In this document: piece after piece, positions 11,379 through 22,491 of the stretch
How positions within the stretch are numbered: position 1 is the first letter of the stretch
Layout of the letters: the number at the start of each line of letters is the position of its first letter
Source: Diplonema japonicum
Taxonomy: Eukaryota > Protista > Euglenozoa: Diplonemea
Assembly: GCA_964019335.1 (NCBI GenBank)
Contig: OZ025667.1
Coordinates: forward strand, 496,001 to 560,000
Direction of reading: 5' to 3'
DNA length: 64,000 bases
Translations under genes and position numbers: made by a program
The notes under the pieces: model-generated
Databases searched by the model: none
Told to the model about the DNA's origin: nothing
What the model saw: only the letters and a program-made list of their open reading frames with translations

Positions 11379-13213
11379 ATGGCCAAAGACAAGTGGGCAA
11401 CGATCCCAGAGAAGAAACCCGTTCAGAAGCAGGTAACAGAAACAAAAAAGCAGGCTCCTCAGCCCGGCAGGAACAGCAGAGCGAGCACTAGGCACGATGG
11501 TGTATCCGCGGCTCTGAGGAGCACAAGTGGCGGCAGGAAGACCGGGGGTCCAAGGGGCATCACTGGCCCTCGCAGGTCGCCCCAGAGGGCCGGGAAGCCT
11601 GTTGAAAAGGCTGAGGAGAAAGCTGTTGTTGACAAGACTGTTTCATTCAAGGTGAGCTCTATGAGAGGCACCCTCTCGTATGCTGACATGATGAACCAGA
11701 GCCAAGCGAAGGCAAAGGCTGTTGAGGTCGAGGTCGAGGCCCCTACTGAAGAGAAACCAAAATGGCCTGAGCTCCCATCCCACGCACCCAAGGAAGAGGC
11801 AAAGGTTGAGGAGCCCGAGACGGTGCCCGAGCCCGTTGAAGAAGTTGAGGAAGTCAAGGAAGAACCCGTTGCCGTGGTCGAAGAGGAAGTCAAGGCCCCT
11901 GAGGAGGTGCAGAACTGGACCGAGGAACCTGCTGTTGAAGAGAAGCCCGTCGAGGCCGCCGAGGGAAACACATGGAGCGGTTGGGGCGAATTCCCCGCTG
12001 CCCAGGTCGAGGCTAACGGGATCTCCTTTTCCGCTGAGGCCGTAGTGTACAAGCCTGGCCCTAAGGTGGCCGGTGTTACCCACACTAGCAACATGCCCAC
12101 ATTCTCCGCTCTCAAGCCTGGCGAGGACCTCAAGGGGAGCTCGTTCGACGCTCAGGAGGATGCTGTTGTCCTGAAAGGCAAATTCTCTGAGATGTTTGAA
12201 GTTGAGTGCACCACTAGCTGGGTGTTCAGTGGTGAGGGTGCTGGTGACTATGTGCCTGAACCCGAAGAGCCCGAGGTTGTGCCTGTGATTGAGGAGCCGA
12301 TTGTTGAGGAACCTCGCCAGCCCACACCGACCGTGATCGAGCCTGAGGTGGAAGTGGAAGTAGAAGTGGAGGAACCCGTGCTCCCTGCAAGAGAGATGGT
12401 AGACTGCTCCACGAGCCCCGTCGTTACGCCACAAGCGGCACCTCACGTAGTGGACGTGCCCCCTCTGGGCATGCTTGATGCGGTACCCAAGGCCCCCACA
12501 GAGGAGCCTCAGATCGCCGCACCTGTTCCTCCGCAGCCCGCCCCTGTTCAGCCGCCCGTGCAGGACGTAAAGCCGGAGTCCCAGCTGTACCAGGCCGGCG
12601 GACACTGGAACTACTCTCCTGCTGTTGAGGACACAATGCAGACTCAGCCTGCGACTGAGAGTGTTGTGCCTTCGCCTCCCACTCCTCCAACCAAGCCCGC
12701 GACTCCTCCTCAGCCCCAACGGCAGCAGCAGTCGCCTATCTTCTCCGCTGCCCGTCCCAATGTGTCCCAGTCTTCTGAGCCGTGGGGCGCACACACTCAT
12801 CCTGCTGCTCCCGCACCTGCTCCTCAGTCTATGTCCAACACCTACTCCTTCACGGCTGCTGGCCACGACAACAAGCCTGTGCCCTCCCCGCCTGCACCAC
12901 CTGCTGTTCCGCAGCAGCCTGTTGTGCCCGTGCCCGTGCCCGTGCCTGTGCCTGTGCCTGTGCCTGCCCAGTCCAACCCCATCATGAACACCACTTGGGC
13001 TGAGACTACTGTGGTATGTCTCTTGTTGAATCATTATCAAATTTACAGCAAAAGCCGGCCGCAAGCATGTACAGTGGCCTCAGGAGCCATGAGCAGCAGT
13101 ACAAGCCGCAGGAGAAACCCAGTATGGCCGAACACCATGTGCCAACACATCACACAGAGAAGCACACGCCGCTCGCCTCCTCTTCCTACGATTACTCCCA
13201 GTTCGGGCAGAGC

Positions 13214-13274
<61 letters not shown>

Positions 13275-14036
13275 CGAATGTCGCTGGCAACCAGCACAAC
13301 AGGGACCAGCAGGTGTACAGGGTATGCGACGCATGGAGTCACATAGTTTTACAGAACAACCGTCCTGCGCAGCAGAGGTCGAGAGAGGTGAATAATGTGA
13401 GAGAGCAGCAGAGCAACATGAACCAGGTATGGTGTTTGTTCGTTGCACACAACACAGGCCAACAAGCAGCAGAGCACCCCTACTACGGTCAATGTGGATA
13501 CGCCTGCTGGTGTGCACCCTTATTCGATGTACCCGCCCTTCCCTTCGCCCTACCCTCCTATGTCCTACCCTTCGTTCCCTTACCCTATGTACTCGTCGGC
13601 GAGGGCGCCCTACCCAGCCTTCCCGCATGGGTACCCGCCCTACCCTTACCCGATGCCCTACCCTGCTGCTGGAGGGGGCAGCTACCCTCCTGGGTTTGGT
13701 CAGCCAGGTATGTGCAATGTGGCTTTGGGTTTAAAATGTTTCGTGACAGGTGCGCCTACCCCACCAGCAGCGAGCACAACGACAGAAGAGATCACGCCTG
13801 CATACCCGCCTGCCCATGAGAGGTCCACCGGCAACAGCTTCGGGTCATCGTCACCCTGGGCGTGGGCAGGGGGCAATGCCAACCCTAACTGGAGTGGCAC
13901 ATCTCCCGAGCAGCCCCAGCGGACCCAAGCGCCCTTTAACAACCAGATGACCAATCTTCAGAACGTGGCAGCCTGGCAGTCCCAACAGAACTACTTATAC
14001 GCTGCTGGCAGGCCCGGCAGACCAGGAGGCAGTTAA
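11379..14036 (+). CDS. Low-complexity P/E-, N- and PY-rich protein; introns 13014-13048, 13322-13354, 13427-13457, 13708-13749
   Basis: ORFs 11379, 13016 and 13443 join in frame via GTATG...ACAG introns (TTV|QKP, VYR|NNR, NQ|ANK, PG|AP). Confidence 0.75.
13214..13273 (+). repeat. (AAC)20 coding microsatellite, poly-Asn
   Basis: Read directly from the sequence. Confidence 0.95.
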
Positions 14037-14949
14037 AAATATACCTTTAACTTCTACGCCACCCTTTTTTGATTAGTGTTTCTTTTATCCCACCCTTCCC
14101 TTCTTTTATTTTTTTCCTTTAAGATTCCCCCGCGCCCCTTCCTTATCGGTACTGGCATCAGTTTATATTTTCATAGTTTAATTTTTTCCCCCCCAGGAAA
14201 GTAATGAGGGGAGAAGAAACAAAAGAAGGATGGTAAGAAAGAAAGAAAACAGGTGGAAGGACAAGGACAACAGGGAAAGGGGGAGTAGGGCCGCAGAAGG
14301 GGCTTGGTGTTATGCATCTCCCTTTTTTCTTGTTTCTTTCGTTTTTTTTTTTTTTTTTTTTTTTTAAGTTCTTCTTCAATCTAGCAACCCGGCCCTTTCC
14401 CTCCTTCCCTTTGTGGGTTTAATCATCCCCCCTCCCCCCCGAAAAAAATAATACCGATCTCACGTTCTTTATTTATTTATTCCACTCATTCTTGACTGAC
14501 CTTCCCATAATGTTGAATTTATTCCAGGAGCAGCTCTCCTCTGCTGCCATACAACAAAATATTGATTTAGTTTACCCTCCCCCCTTTTAAATCGCTCACC
14601 CAGTGCCTGCTTTTTTCTTTTCTTTTTCTTTTAGCTTCACAAACACACTGAAAAAAAAACAAAGTTTAAAAAAAATAATATTTCCTTGAAAAAAAAAAAA
14701 AAAAAAAAAAGCCGCCCATTGTATGGCGGAGGGAAAGAAAGAATAGGAAAAAAAAAAAGGAAAAAAAAAGAAAAAAAAACCAACAACAACCCCCTTCCCC
14801 ACTCTAATAACATACCTTTTTTATTTTTCTCCTTTTTTATTCCCCCACCATTTTTTCTTTCTTTTTTTTTTTTCGCGCGCATTTATTCACAAAAAACCTT
14901 ATGTATCTCTTTTCCCCCCATTTTTTCCTTCCATGCGACACCCAGAGGA

Positions 14950-15642
14950 ATGAACTCGGGCAATGCAAAGGGGAAAGTGCCGGGTGTAGCTTTTGACAAG
15001 GTGTGCTCGCGAGCACAACGAATGAAAGTAGGAATGCAGGAGCAGAAGCCGTTACTGGACGCCTGGTACGACTTAGATCCTGCTGAGAGTAGCAAAAGGG
15101 TGGATATGACTTTCAGGCAAAAAGGCCGACATGGCAAAAGCGGTCAACGCATAGCAGACTCTGTAGGCGTGGTTGGGTCGCACGATCTGGTGTATGATGT
15201 AGATTGGAAAACACAAGACAAGCGCACTAAAGGGTTTGTCCATCTCGGGAAGACCAACAGGGCCGCCCGCACGCAAAAAGTCTCTACCTTTAATAATTAT
15301 GATACACTTAATTTAACCCCAAAACGGCATACAACTGCACCCAGTCTGGCCACACAGACCACTAGAGAGCAGCGGCATCGTATCGGCTTCACAGGGACCG
15401 ACCCTCAAGCCAGTGCATGGACACGTGATCAGCACGGGCTCAGCATCAAGTACGACCTTGTGTACCGACGCCCTGCAAAACTAGCCACCTTTTCCCCCCT
15501 CCCAACCACGGCTCCTCTTAAGCGAGCCACGCCACCACCCTGCCCCACCAGCTCCACCACAGAAGCCACCGTCTCACTCCCTTCTTCCTTTGACAAGACG
15601 AAGCGCCCCCTCGCAAGGAATATTCGCCTCGGTCCGAAGTGA
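14950..15642 (+). CDS. Hypothetical basic protein
   Basis: Complex-sequence part of ORF 14686; ATG after CCCAG. Confidence 0.55.
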   Translation: MNSGNAKGKVPGVAFDKVCSRAQRMKVGMQEQKPLLDAWYDLDPAESSKRVDMTFRQKGRHGKSGQRIADSVGVVGSHDLVYDVDWKTQDKRTKGFVHLGKTNRAARTQKVSTFNNYDTLNLTPKRHTTAPSLATQTTREQRHRIGFTGTDPQASAWTRDQHGLSIKYDLVYRRPAKLATFSPLPTTAPLKRATPPPCPTSSTTEATVSLPSSFDKTKRPLARNIRLGPK

Positions 15643-15716
15643 CCTTCTAACCCTTTGTGCTATTAGTGCCCCACCCTTTCCTGTAACAACCACCACACAG
15701 GCATGACCCGTTCACA

Positions 15717-16268
15717 ATGGTCATTCTGCACCCCGACTCGGTCCCCCTCAGCAGGAACAGGAGGCGAGGGGACATGTGGGATGTAGTCGTGTCTGTGGAA
15801 ACACATACGCCCGCGCAGGGCCAAGCAGAGACAAAGAGAAACAGATTGAGGGAGTGGGCACAAGCGGCACTGCAGTACAGCGGGAATGTGCAACAAGAGA
15901 ACTATGAAGAGAAAGAGGTTGCGACGAAGAAAATAGTGCCTGTGCTGCACGCGAAGGCGCCCCGTCTGGTTGGTCCGAGACCGCCTAACTTGTACAAAGG
16001 GTGTGACCAAGAGTGGAGGGAGTGGATGCCTTTAAGGCCTAACCCCCCTCCTCTTAGGAGCGCCCGCGCCCGCGGCACACTGGGCCTTGCGCCTTCATCA
16101 AACCTCCCCCTCGTCACCATCCCCCGCCTTCCGCGGCATGCACCCCGCCGTCAGGCACCTAGGCGACAGCACCTCTCACACACACTGTCTTATCCGCACG
16201 ATGAGACCGTACCTACCATAGCTACGCTGCAGTATCTTCCAAGGACCCTCCAGTTGCCTTGTGTGTGA
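15717..16268 (+). CDS. Hypothetical protein
   Basis: 183-aa ORF after a CACACAG acceptor-like site; fills the gap between neighbours. Confidence 0.5.
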   Translation: MVILHPDSVPLSRNRRRGDMWDVVVSVETHTPAQGQAETKRNRLREWAQAALQYSGNVQQENYEEKEVATKKIVPVLHAKAPRLVGPRPPNLYKGCDQEWREWMPLRPNPPPLRSARARGTLGLAPSSNLPLVTIPRLPRHAPRRQAPRRQHLSHTLSYPHDETVPTIATLQYLPRTLQLPCV

Positions 16269-16336
16269 CGGTTTACTAATTTCTTAACTCATGAAGCTTC
16301 TTTTCAGCTGTCTCACATTCACACCCAACAGGCAAC

Positions 16337-17239
16337 ATGCACGCTTGGAAGAAGCAGCGTACGAACACGGGGGCCAAGCCCTCCTACAACTGGGACAAAC
16401 CGTTCTGCATTGAGGACGCGAGACAAGAGTACGGGTGGGAGGACACCGATTACATCATGGGCATCGACGAAGCGGGGAGGGGGAGCGTACTCGGGTCGAT
16501 GATCTACGCTGGGATGGCCTGCAGGCTCTGCGACCATGAGACGCTTGTGGGGTACGGTGTGGATGATTCGAAGGCACTGACGGACGTGAGGAGGCGGCAG
16601 ATGTTTGAACAAATAAAGAACAACGACAACTTTAAATATATGATAGACGAGATAACACCGCAGGACATCTCGAGACAGCAGCTGGGGCGGGCTGCGCAAT
16701 CGCTGAACAAGATCTCACACAACTCTGCAATCGGTATCATCGCAGACATCAAGGAACGTGTTGGGGACAAGCTTGTTGCTTGTTTCGTGGATGTAGTCGG
16801 CCCTCAGGAGCTGTACCAAAACAAGCTCAACAGGCAGTTCCCCGACCTTGTCATTGTTGTGCGGTCGAAGGCCGACTCGCTTTTCCCTGTGGTTTCGGGC
16901 GCCTCTATCCTTGCCAAGGTCACACGTGATGTAACAACGGAGGCCATCGACAACGATGGCCTCCCGCATGTCCCTTCGGTTGGCACTGTCGGGTCTGGCT
17001 ACCCTGCTGATCCTGTTGCAAAGGAATGGCTCAAGAAGAACACACATCGTCTCTTCGTCTTTCCGAACATCATCAGATTCGACTGGCAGCCTGTCAAGGA
17101 TATCGAAGCTGTGAAGTGCATCCGTGTGGACTGGAACGGGAACTGGGAAGGCGAGCTCCCCGAGCTCTTCGGAAACTCCAAGACGAAAAAGTGGCAGTAT
17201 TTTCAAGAAATGTTTTTGTCTCACCCTTCTTCGTTTTAG
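16337..17239 (+). CDS. RNASEH2A: Ribonuclease H2 catalytic subunit A
   Basis: GIDEAGRG, DDSK, KADSLFPVVSGASILAKVTRD, GSGYPADP. Confidence 0.95.
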   Translation: MHAWKKQRTNTGAKPSYNWDKPFCIEDARQEYGWEDTDYIMGIDEAGRGSVLGSMIYAGMACRLCDHETLVGYGVDDSKALTDVRRRQMFEQIKNNDNFKYMIDEITPQDISRQQLGRAAQSLNKISHNSAIGIIADIKERVGDKLVACFVDVVGPQELYQNKLNRQFPDLVIVVRSKADSLFPVVSGASILAKVTRDVTTEAIDNDGLPHVPSVGTVGSGYPADPVAKEWLKKNTHRLFVFPNIIRFDWQPVKDIEAVKCIRVDWNGNWEGELPELFGNSKTKKWQYFQEMFLSHPSSF

Positions 17240-17318
17240 ACCCCCCCCCCCCTTTCCCCCACTGTACCTGTACATGTTATTAGTGATCGCAGAGCCCCCT
17301 CGCAAGACTGACAGGACA

Positions 17319-18027
17319 ATGCCGGTGATATGCGACAGTGAGAGCATGCCGCTGGACATGTGGCGGAAGGTGCGGGTGCTCATCTCAGCAACGAACGTTT
17401 TCCTTGTGATTATAGTGTCGGTGACGAATGATTCATTGTGGAAGGAGGTGTGTGTTGCATGGTAAAGAACGAGGGGAGAAAAAGAAACAAAACAAACAGG
17501 ATGCGCGATCATGCGGCATGTACCAGTGCAACGACGGTGAGAACCCGCGAAGCAGCAAGGTGTACTGCAAGGAGCGCATCGACATGATTAGCACGGCACA
17601 GATCCTGAGCCATGTTGCGTCTGCTGGGGTTGTGGTGGGTTTCTCGTATCATGTTTTCGTACTCAGCGGGCTCTTGCACGTCAAAGGGCTTGCGATGGTC
17701 TTTCACGTTGTGTCCGCACTAGCAGCCAACGGCGTGTGGGTCGTCATAATATTCATTGTGGACGAGGCGTGCTCTCTCGGCGATTCTTTCACCCTGAAGT
17801 ACGCCTTCGGCCTCTACATCACTGTCATGATCTTGGAACTCACACAGCAGTTCATCGAGAACCGTGTCACATCCTACCAAGTCAGCACCACGCCCACGGA
17901 ACCCATTACAGACCTGCGTGCCAAGGATGATGAAGCACCTGACAACGAAGACGAAGCGCCCAACCCTTCCGAGGGTTCCCCGGACCCTACGGACCCCCAG
18001 GACATCTTCATTGAAGACGTCAAGTGA
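17319..18027 (+). CDS. Amastin/claudin-like four-TM protein; intron 17448-17499
   Basis: Splice WKE|DARSCGMYQC; TM1, Cys loop, C..R....TAQ, three more hydrophobic segments, acidic tail. Confidence 0.6.
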
Positions 18028-18176
18028 TTTAAGAGAATGTGGCCTCTTGTTTACACGAGATGGTTAGTTAGTAGTCTAATCTAAACAGTGCAGTCTGTAT
18101 AGTAATAGAAAGACATAGCTCTTTCTCTATTTCTGTCTCGCACAATGCACTGGTGTAACCTTACGCCAGGCCAAAG

Positions 18177-20087
18177 ATGTTGCGCAGCAGCCTCGCGAAG
18201 CGATGGGCGTCATACATGGTGTATGGTGCAAACACTGACATCGGGAAGACGGTAGTGGGGTGTGGGTTGCTGCAGGCGGCGGCCAGGAACAGCGTGAAGG
18301 CAGGCTACGTTAAGCCAGTGCAAACGGGTGACGAGACTGATGAGCAGTGGATGAAGGACAACGGGGGTGACTGCAGGACAGTTACTTTTTTCTCCTTCAA
18401 GGAACCAGCCAGCCCCCATATCGCTGCTGCTCTCGAGAATCGCACTGTCACAGACGATGAGCTGCTAGAGAAGGTGCAACACGATGTTGCCACGAACACC
18501 GACGACATCACTCTGATTGAGACGGCGGGTGGTGTGCTCTCCCCTGCGCCTTCGACGTCCCCTCAGGCGGACGTGTACGCGAAGCTAGGAATCAAGAGTA
18601 TCCTCATCGGGGACCCAAAGCTGGGCGGGATCTCCTCTACCATGTGTGCTTTGGAGTCCCTCAGAGCACGTGGCGTTAACCCCCTTTGCGTTGTCTTCGT
18701 GGGCGGCAGTGCCAACGTCGACTCTCTCGAGAAGCATATCAAAGTCATTTGCCTCCCTGAGCTCCCAGACAGGTCGCTGCCCCTCACGGATTGGTACAAG
18801 CACAAAGACACCACCACTGTCTTTGACCGTATCCTGCGAAGCCTACTTCCCGACGAGATGTTTGACGCAAGGCACATCTGGCACCCCTACACCTCCATGA
18901 CAAGGCCGAAGAGGATGTACAAAGTGGCAAGTTGCGATGGGTGTGAAATCACATTGGAAGACGGCACGCGTCTTGTAGACGGGATGGCCTCGTGGTGGTC
19001 TGCCATCCATGGGTATAACGTGCCGGAACTCACAAAAGCACTGCATGACCAGATAGCTAAGATGCCACATGTCATGTTCGGGGGCCTAACCCATGATCCT
19101 GCTATCAAACTCTGCAGGACGCTTGTGGACATGACCCCTGAGGGCCTCGAGTGCGTGTTCTTGTGCGACTCGGGTTCGGTTTCTGTCGATGCTGCGCTTA
19201 AGATGTGCGTCCAGTACTGGGCCGGCCAGGGCAAGCCCCAGAAAAACAAGATGATCTCCCTTAAAAGAGGCTACCACGGGGACACATGGGGGGCTATGTC
19301 TGTGTGCGATCCTGTGAACTCCATGCACAGCCTGTTCGATGGCATTTTGAAGAAACATATTTTTATCGACTCTCTAGCAGAGCTGGAGGGTGCCCTCATA
19401 GAGCACCGAGAGGAAGTGGCAGGGGTGATTCTAGAACCCGTAACACAGGGCGCCGGTGGGATGGTGTTCTACAACCCCGAGGAATTAAAGGCTACAGGTG
19501 ACTTGTGCAAGGAATACGGGGTGCTGCTTGTTGCTGACGAGATTGCAACGGGTTTTGGGAGGACAGGGAAGATGTTTGGCTGCGACCATGCAGGGGTAGT
19601 GCCAGATATCATGTGCGTGGGGAAGGCGATGACAGGAGGGACGATGACGATGGCTGCGGTAATCTGCACGAGACATGTGGGTGAGAAAGTATCTGGAGAG
19701 GACGGGAGCTTGCCCTTCATGCACGGGCCCACCTTCATGGGGAACCCCTTGGCTGCGAGCGTGGCGAACGCCTCTTTAAACCTTTTGCTCGACTCGCCTT
19801 GGGAGGAGAAGGTGGCAGCTCTCGAAGCACAACTCAAAAAAGAGCTCGCACCAGCATCTGCATCACCACATGTGGCGGACGTCAGAGTGCTTGGGGCCAT
19901 TGGCGTCATAGAGCTCAAGCATGCGCCCTCCGACCCTGAAGCCCTTCAGCACGCTTTTGTTGAGTTAGGCGTGTGGGTCCGTCCCTTCGGGAAGCTGGTG
20001 TACATTATGCCCCCCTATGTCATTACGCCCTCGGACCTCACGAAGGTCACCTCTTCGATGGTTGATGTCACCTCTAGGGCTTACTAG
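18177..20087 (+). CDS. bioDA: Bifunctional dethiobiotin synthetase / DAPA aminotransferase (BioD-BioA fusion) with probable mitochondrial presequence
   Basis: BioD: GANTDIGKT, KPVQTG, SPH, ETAGG; BioA from ~18858: HIWHPYTSM, DGMASWW, HVMFGG, YHGDT, ADEIATGFGRTG, CVGKAMTGG, HGPTFMGNPLA; N-terminus MLRSSLAKRWASY. Confidence 0.95.
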   Translation: MLRSSLAKRWASYMVYGANTDIGKTVVGCGLLQAAARNSVKAGYVKPVQTGDETDEQWMKDNGGDCRTVTFFSFKEPASPHIAAALENRTVTDDELLEKVQHDVATNTDDITLIETAGGVLSPAPSTSPQADVYAKLGIKSILIGDPKLGGISSTMCALESLRARGVNPLCVVFVGGSANVDSLEKHIKVICLPELPDRSLPLTDWYKHKDTTTVFDRILRSLLPDEMFDARHIWHPYTSMTRPKRMYKVASCDGCEITLEDGTRLVDGMASWWSAIHGYNVPELTKALHDQIAKMPHVMFGGLTHDPAIKLCRTLVDMTPEGLECVFLCDSGSVSVDAALKMCVQYWAGQGKPQKNKMISLKRGYHGDTWGAMSVCDPVNSMHSLFDGILKKHIFIDSLAELEGALIEHREEVAGVILEPVTQGAGGMVFYNPEELKATGDLCKEYGVLLVADEIATGFGRTGKMFGCDHAGVVPDIMCVGKAMTGGTMTMAAVICTRHVGEKVSGEDGSLPFMHGPTFMGNPLAASVANASLNLLLDSPWEEKVAALEAQLKKELAPASASPHVADVRVLGAIGVIELKHAPSDPEALQHAFVELGVWVRPFGKLVYIMPPYVITPSDLTKVTSSMVDVTSRAY

Positions 20088-20485
20088 CCTGCTTATACCC
20101 GCCACGGGTACGGTCGCCAATTCCGCTTACTTTTGTACCCTTTTCTCTGTAGCTATTTCTGCAAACCTGGGTTTTGCAATCGGCTTTTACTTTTTTTTCT
20201 TTTTTTTTTTCTTTTTTGAATACATGAGGCCGGTGTACGGGAATTGCTGAACACACAGAATGTTATTTTTTTTTTCTTCGACCCTTAAAAAAAAAAATAC
20301 TTGGTGCAAATTTTACCGTGGCGACCGCACCCACCACCCACCACCCACCCCTTTCCTTCCTCTGAGCACAGCCTGCGGTGTTGATGCAGCAGTTTTGAAG
20401 GGACGTTCGCCTAATGTGTACTCTTTTATTTCACGTCGCAAAAGGCACCTGACCACCGATCAGCTTCTCCTCTTTTACCACAAAC

Positions 20486-21700
20486 ATGGCACGAAGAGCA
20501 CAGGAGCGGATGGAGGAGGCTGTCGCTGCACGAGAGGGCAAGGGGTTGCTGAGGAAGCTTTCGAGCCGGTCGTGGAACAATAACGTGTTGGTGGACTTTT
20601 GCAGCAACGACTACTTAGGCATGAGCAGGTCTGCAGATCTGAAGGAGGAGGTAAAAAAAGAGCTGGCAATCGCTGAAGAGATGCTTCGCAAGGAAGGCGG
20701 GTCTGTGCAAGGGAGCACAGGGAGCCGGCTGCTCTCAGGAAACAACAGCTATGTGGAGAGCATTGAGAAGCATATTGCCAACTTCCACAACAGGGAAGCG
20801 GCACTGCTCTTCAACACTGGCTACACTGCGAACATGGGCGTCGTGAGCTCAGTGCCAATGAAGGGCGACATCGTGGTGTACGACTCTCTGTGCCACAACA
20901 GCATCCTCGAGGGGTTCAAGCTTGGGAGACAGAAGGACACCATACAGTTCAAGCACAATGACGTGGACAACTTGAGGGATATCCTTGAAGCACAGCACGA
21001 GAAGACGACAGGGTGCATCTTCGTGGTGGTGGAGTCTGTCTACTCGATGGAAGGGGATGTGGGACGGCTGAAGGAGTTCTGCACTTTAATGGAAAGGTTT
21101 CCAAAGAGCTGCTTGATTGTCGACGAAGCGCATGGCACAGGACTGTATGGGGAGGGCGGCCGAGGTGTCCTGAACGAGCAGGGTTTGGAAGGCCATCCGT
21201 CGATACTATGCAGCGTGCATACCTACGGGAAAGCCTTCGGAGTGCATGGAGCGGGTGTGCTGGGGCCTGCCGTGTTGAAGTCCTACCTCCTGAACTACGC
21301 ACGATCTATTATCTTCACAACGTCCCTCTCCTTGCATGCCCTCGCATCTATACGGGCAGCATACACTGTTATCGAAGCTGCTGAAGGGCGGCGTGCGCAC
21401 CTCATGCACCTTATCAAGGTTTTTACGGAGACATTGAAGACGAGCCTCCCCCCTTCACGTCTCTTTACATCGCCGTCACCCATTCAGGCTGTCATCGTCC
21501 ACGGTAACAAAGAGGTCATTGCTGCCGCAGCAAGCCTTCGCAATCAAGGGTACGATGTTCTACCTATCCGCGCCCCTACGGTGCAGGCAGGACTTGAACG
21601 CTTGCGGGTTATCCTACACTCGCACAACAGCACCGAAGAAGTCCTTCATCTTGCGTCCCTCATCAAGAATATCTGTGCGAACAACATTGCAAAACTATAA
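20486..21700 (+). CDS. bioF: 8-amino-7-oxononanoate synthase with C-terminal PTS1 (AKL)
   Basis: DFCSNDYLG, GSTGSRLLSGN, GYTAN, HND, ESVYSMEGD, VDEAHGTG, TYGKAFG, IRAPTV; ends AKL. Confidence 0.93.
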   Translation: MARRAQERMEEAVAAREGKGLLRKLSSRSWNNNVLVDFCSNDYLGMSRSADLKEEVKKELAIAEEMLRKEGGSVQGSTGSRLLSGNNSYVESIEKHIANFHNREAALLFNTGYTANMGVVSSVPMKGDIVVYDSLCHNSILEGFKLGRQKDTIQFKHNDVDNLRDILEAQHEKTTGCIFVVVESVYSMEGDVGRLKEFCTLMERFPKSCLIVDEAHGTGLYGEGGRGVLNEQGLEGHPSILCSVHTYGKAFGVHGAGVLGPAVLKSYLLNYARSIIFTTSLSLHALASIRAAYTVIEAAEGRRAHLMHLIKVFTETLKTSLPPSRLFTSPSPIQAVIVHGNKEVIAAAASLRNQGYDVLPIRAPTVQAGLERLRVILHSHNSTEEVLHLASLIKNICANNIAKL

Positions 21701-22491
21701 AAAAAAAAAAGAGAAAAGGGAGGGGGAAGGGGGGGGGGGGGTTGAAATGATATCAAAACGTAAAAACCGAAGGGGAAGTAGGAGACAAAAAGCTTCATTT
21801 CCCATTCTATTCCGAGAAAAAAAAATGTCAAAAAAAAACTTGGGTAAGAAAAAAAGAGCACCTGAAACTTTGCTTGTTTTATGTTGAATGCTGTAATTTG
21901 CATTTTAATTTTATCCTCTCTGTTCTCTGACCAATCAAAAAAAAAGGTGGAGAAGGGCAAGTTTTCATGTGTGATTTTCTTCCTTTTCATCACATCAGCA
22001 GAGGGGGAAAGGGGAGGAGAAGTCCCTTAAAAAAAGGAGGGTAAAAAGGCAGGATGATAAGGCTCTACAACAGCCTTCAGAAAGCCTATCAAATTCCCAT
22101 CACCCCTCCCCTCAAATTTTATTTCTTTCCATCGATAACTTTAATTTCGTCCCGACAATAATCCGGTCTGTTACAGTGGGAGGAAACCTTTGCACACGAA
22201 GGCTCTACCGCTCACTTTACCTGGTACTAGATTCAACAGGGGGGAAGGGAGTGAGAAGGGGTTCTTAGTGCCTTTTTTCATTGTTCGGGATATCATCTGA
22301 CTGTTGGGAGGCTGAGATTGGTTCAGCACCTGTCCCACTTCTCCTCCGCCCCTCTTTTTCTTTTTTTGTTTGTTCAATAGCCCCCTTCTTCCCCTCTTCT
22401 GTTTTCTCCTTTCTCTTCATTCTATCTGCTTGTGTTTTCGTTTTTTCTTCTTCTTTCTGCCCTCCACTCCAAAGAAGTGCATCTCCGTCAA

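Noticed and set aside
14158-14949. Poly-K/poly-F ORFs in spacers (also 32431-33043, 34978-35546, 44004-45242)
   Set aside because: Translations of homopolymer runs
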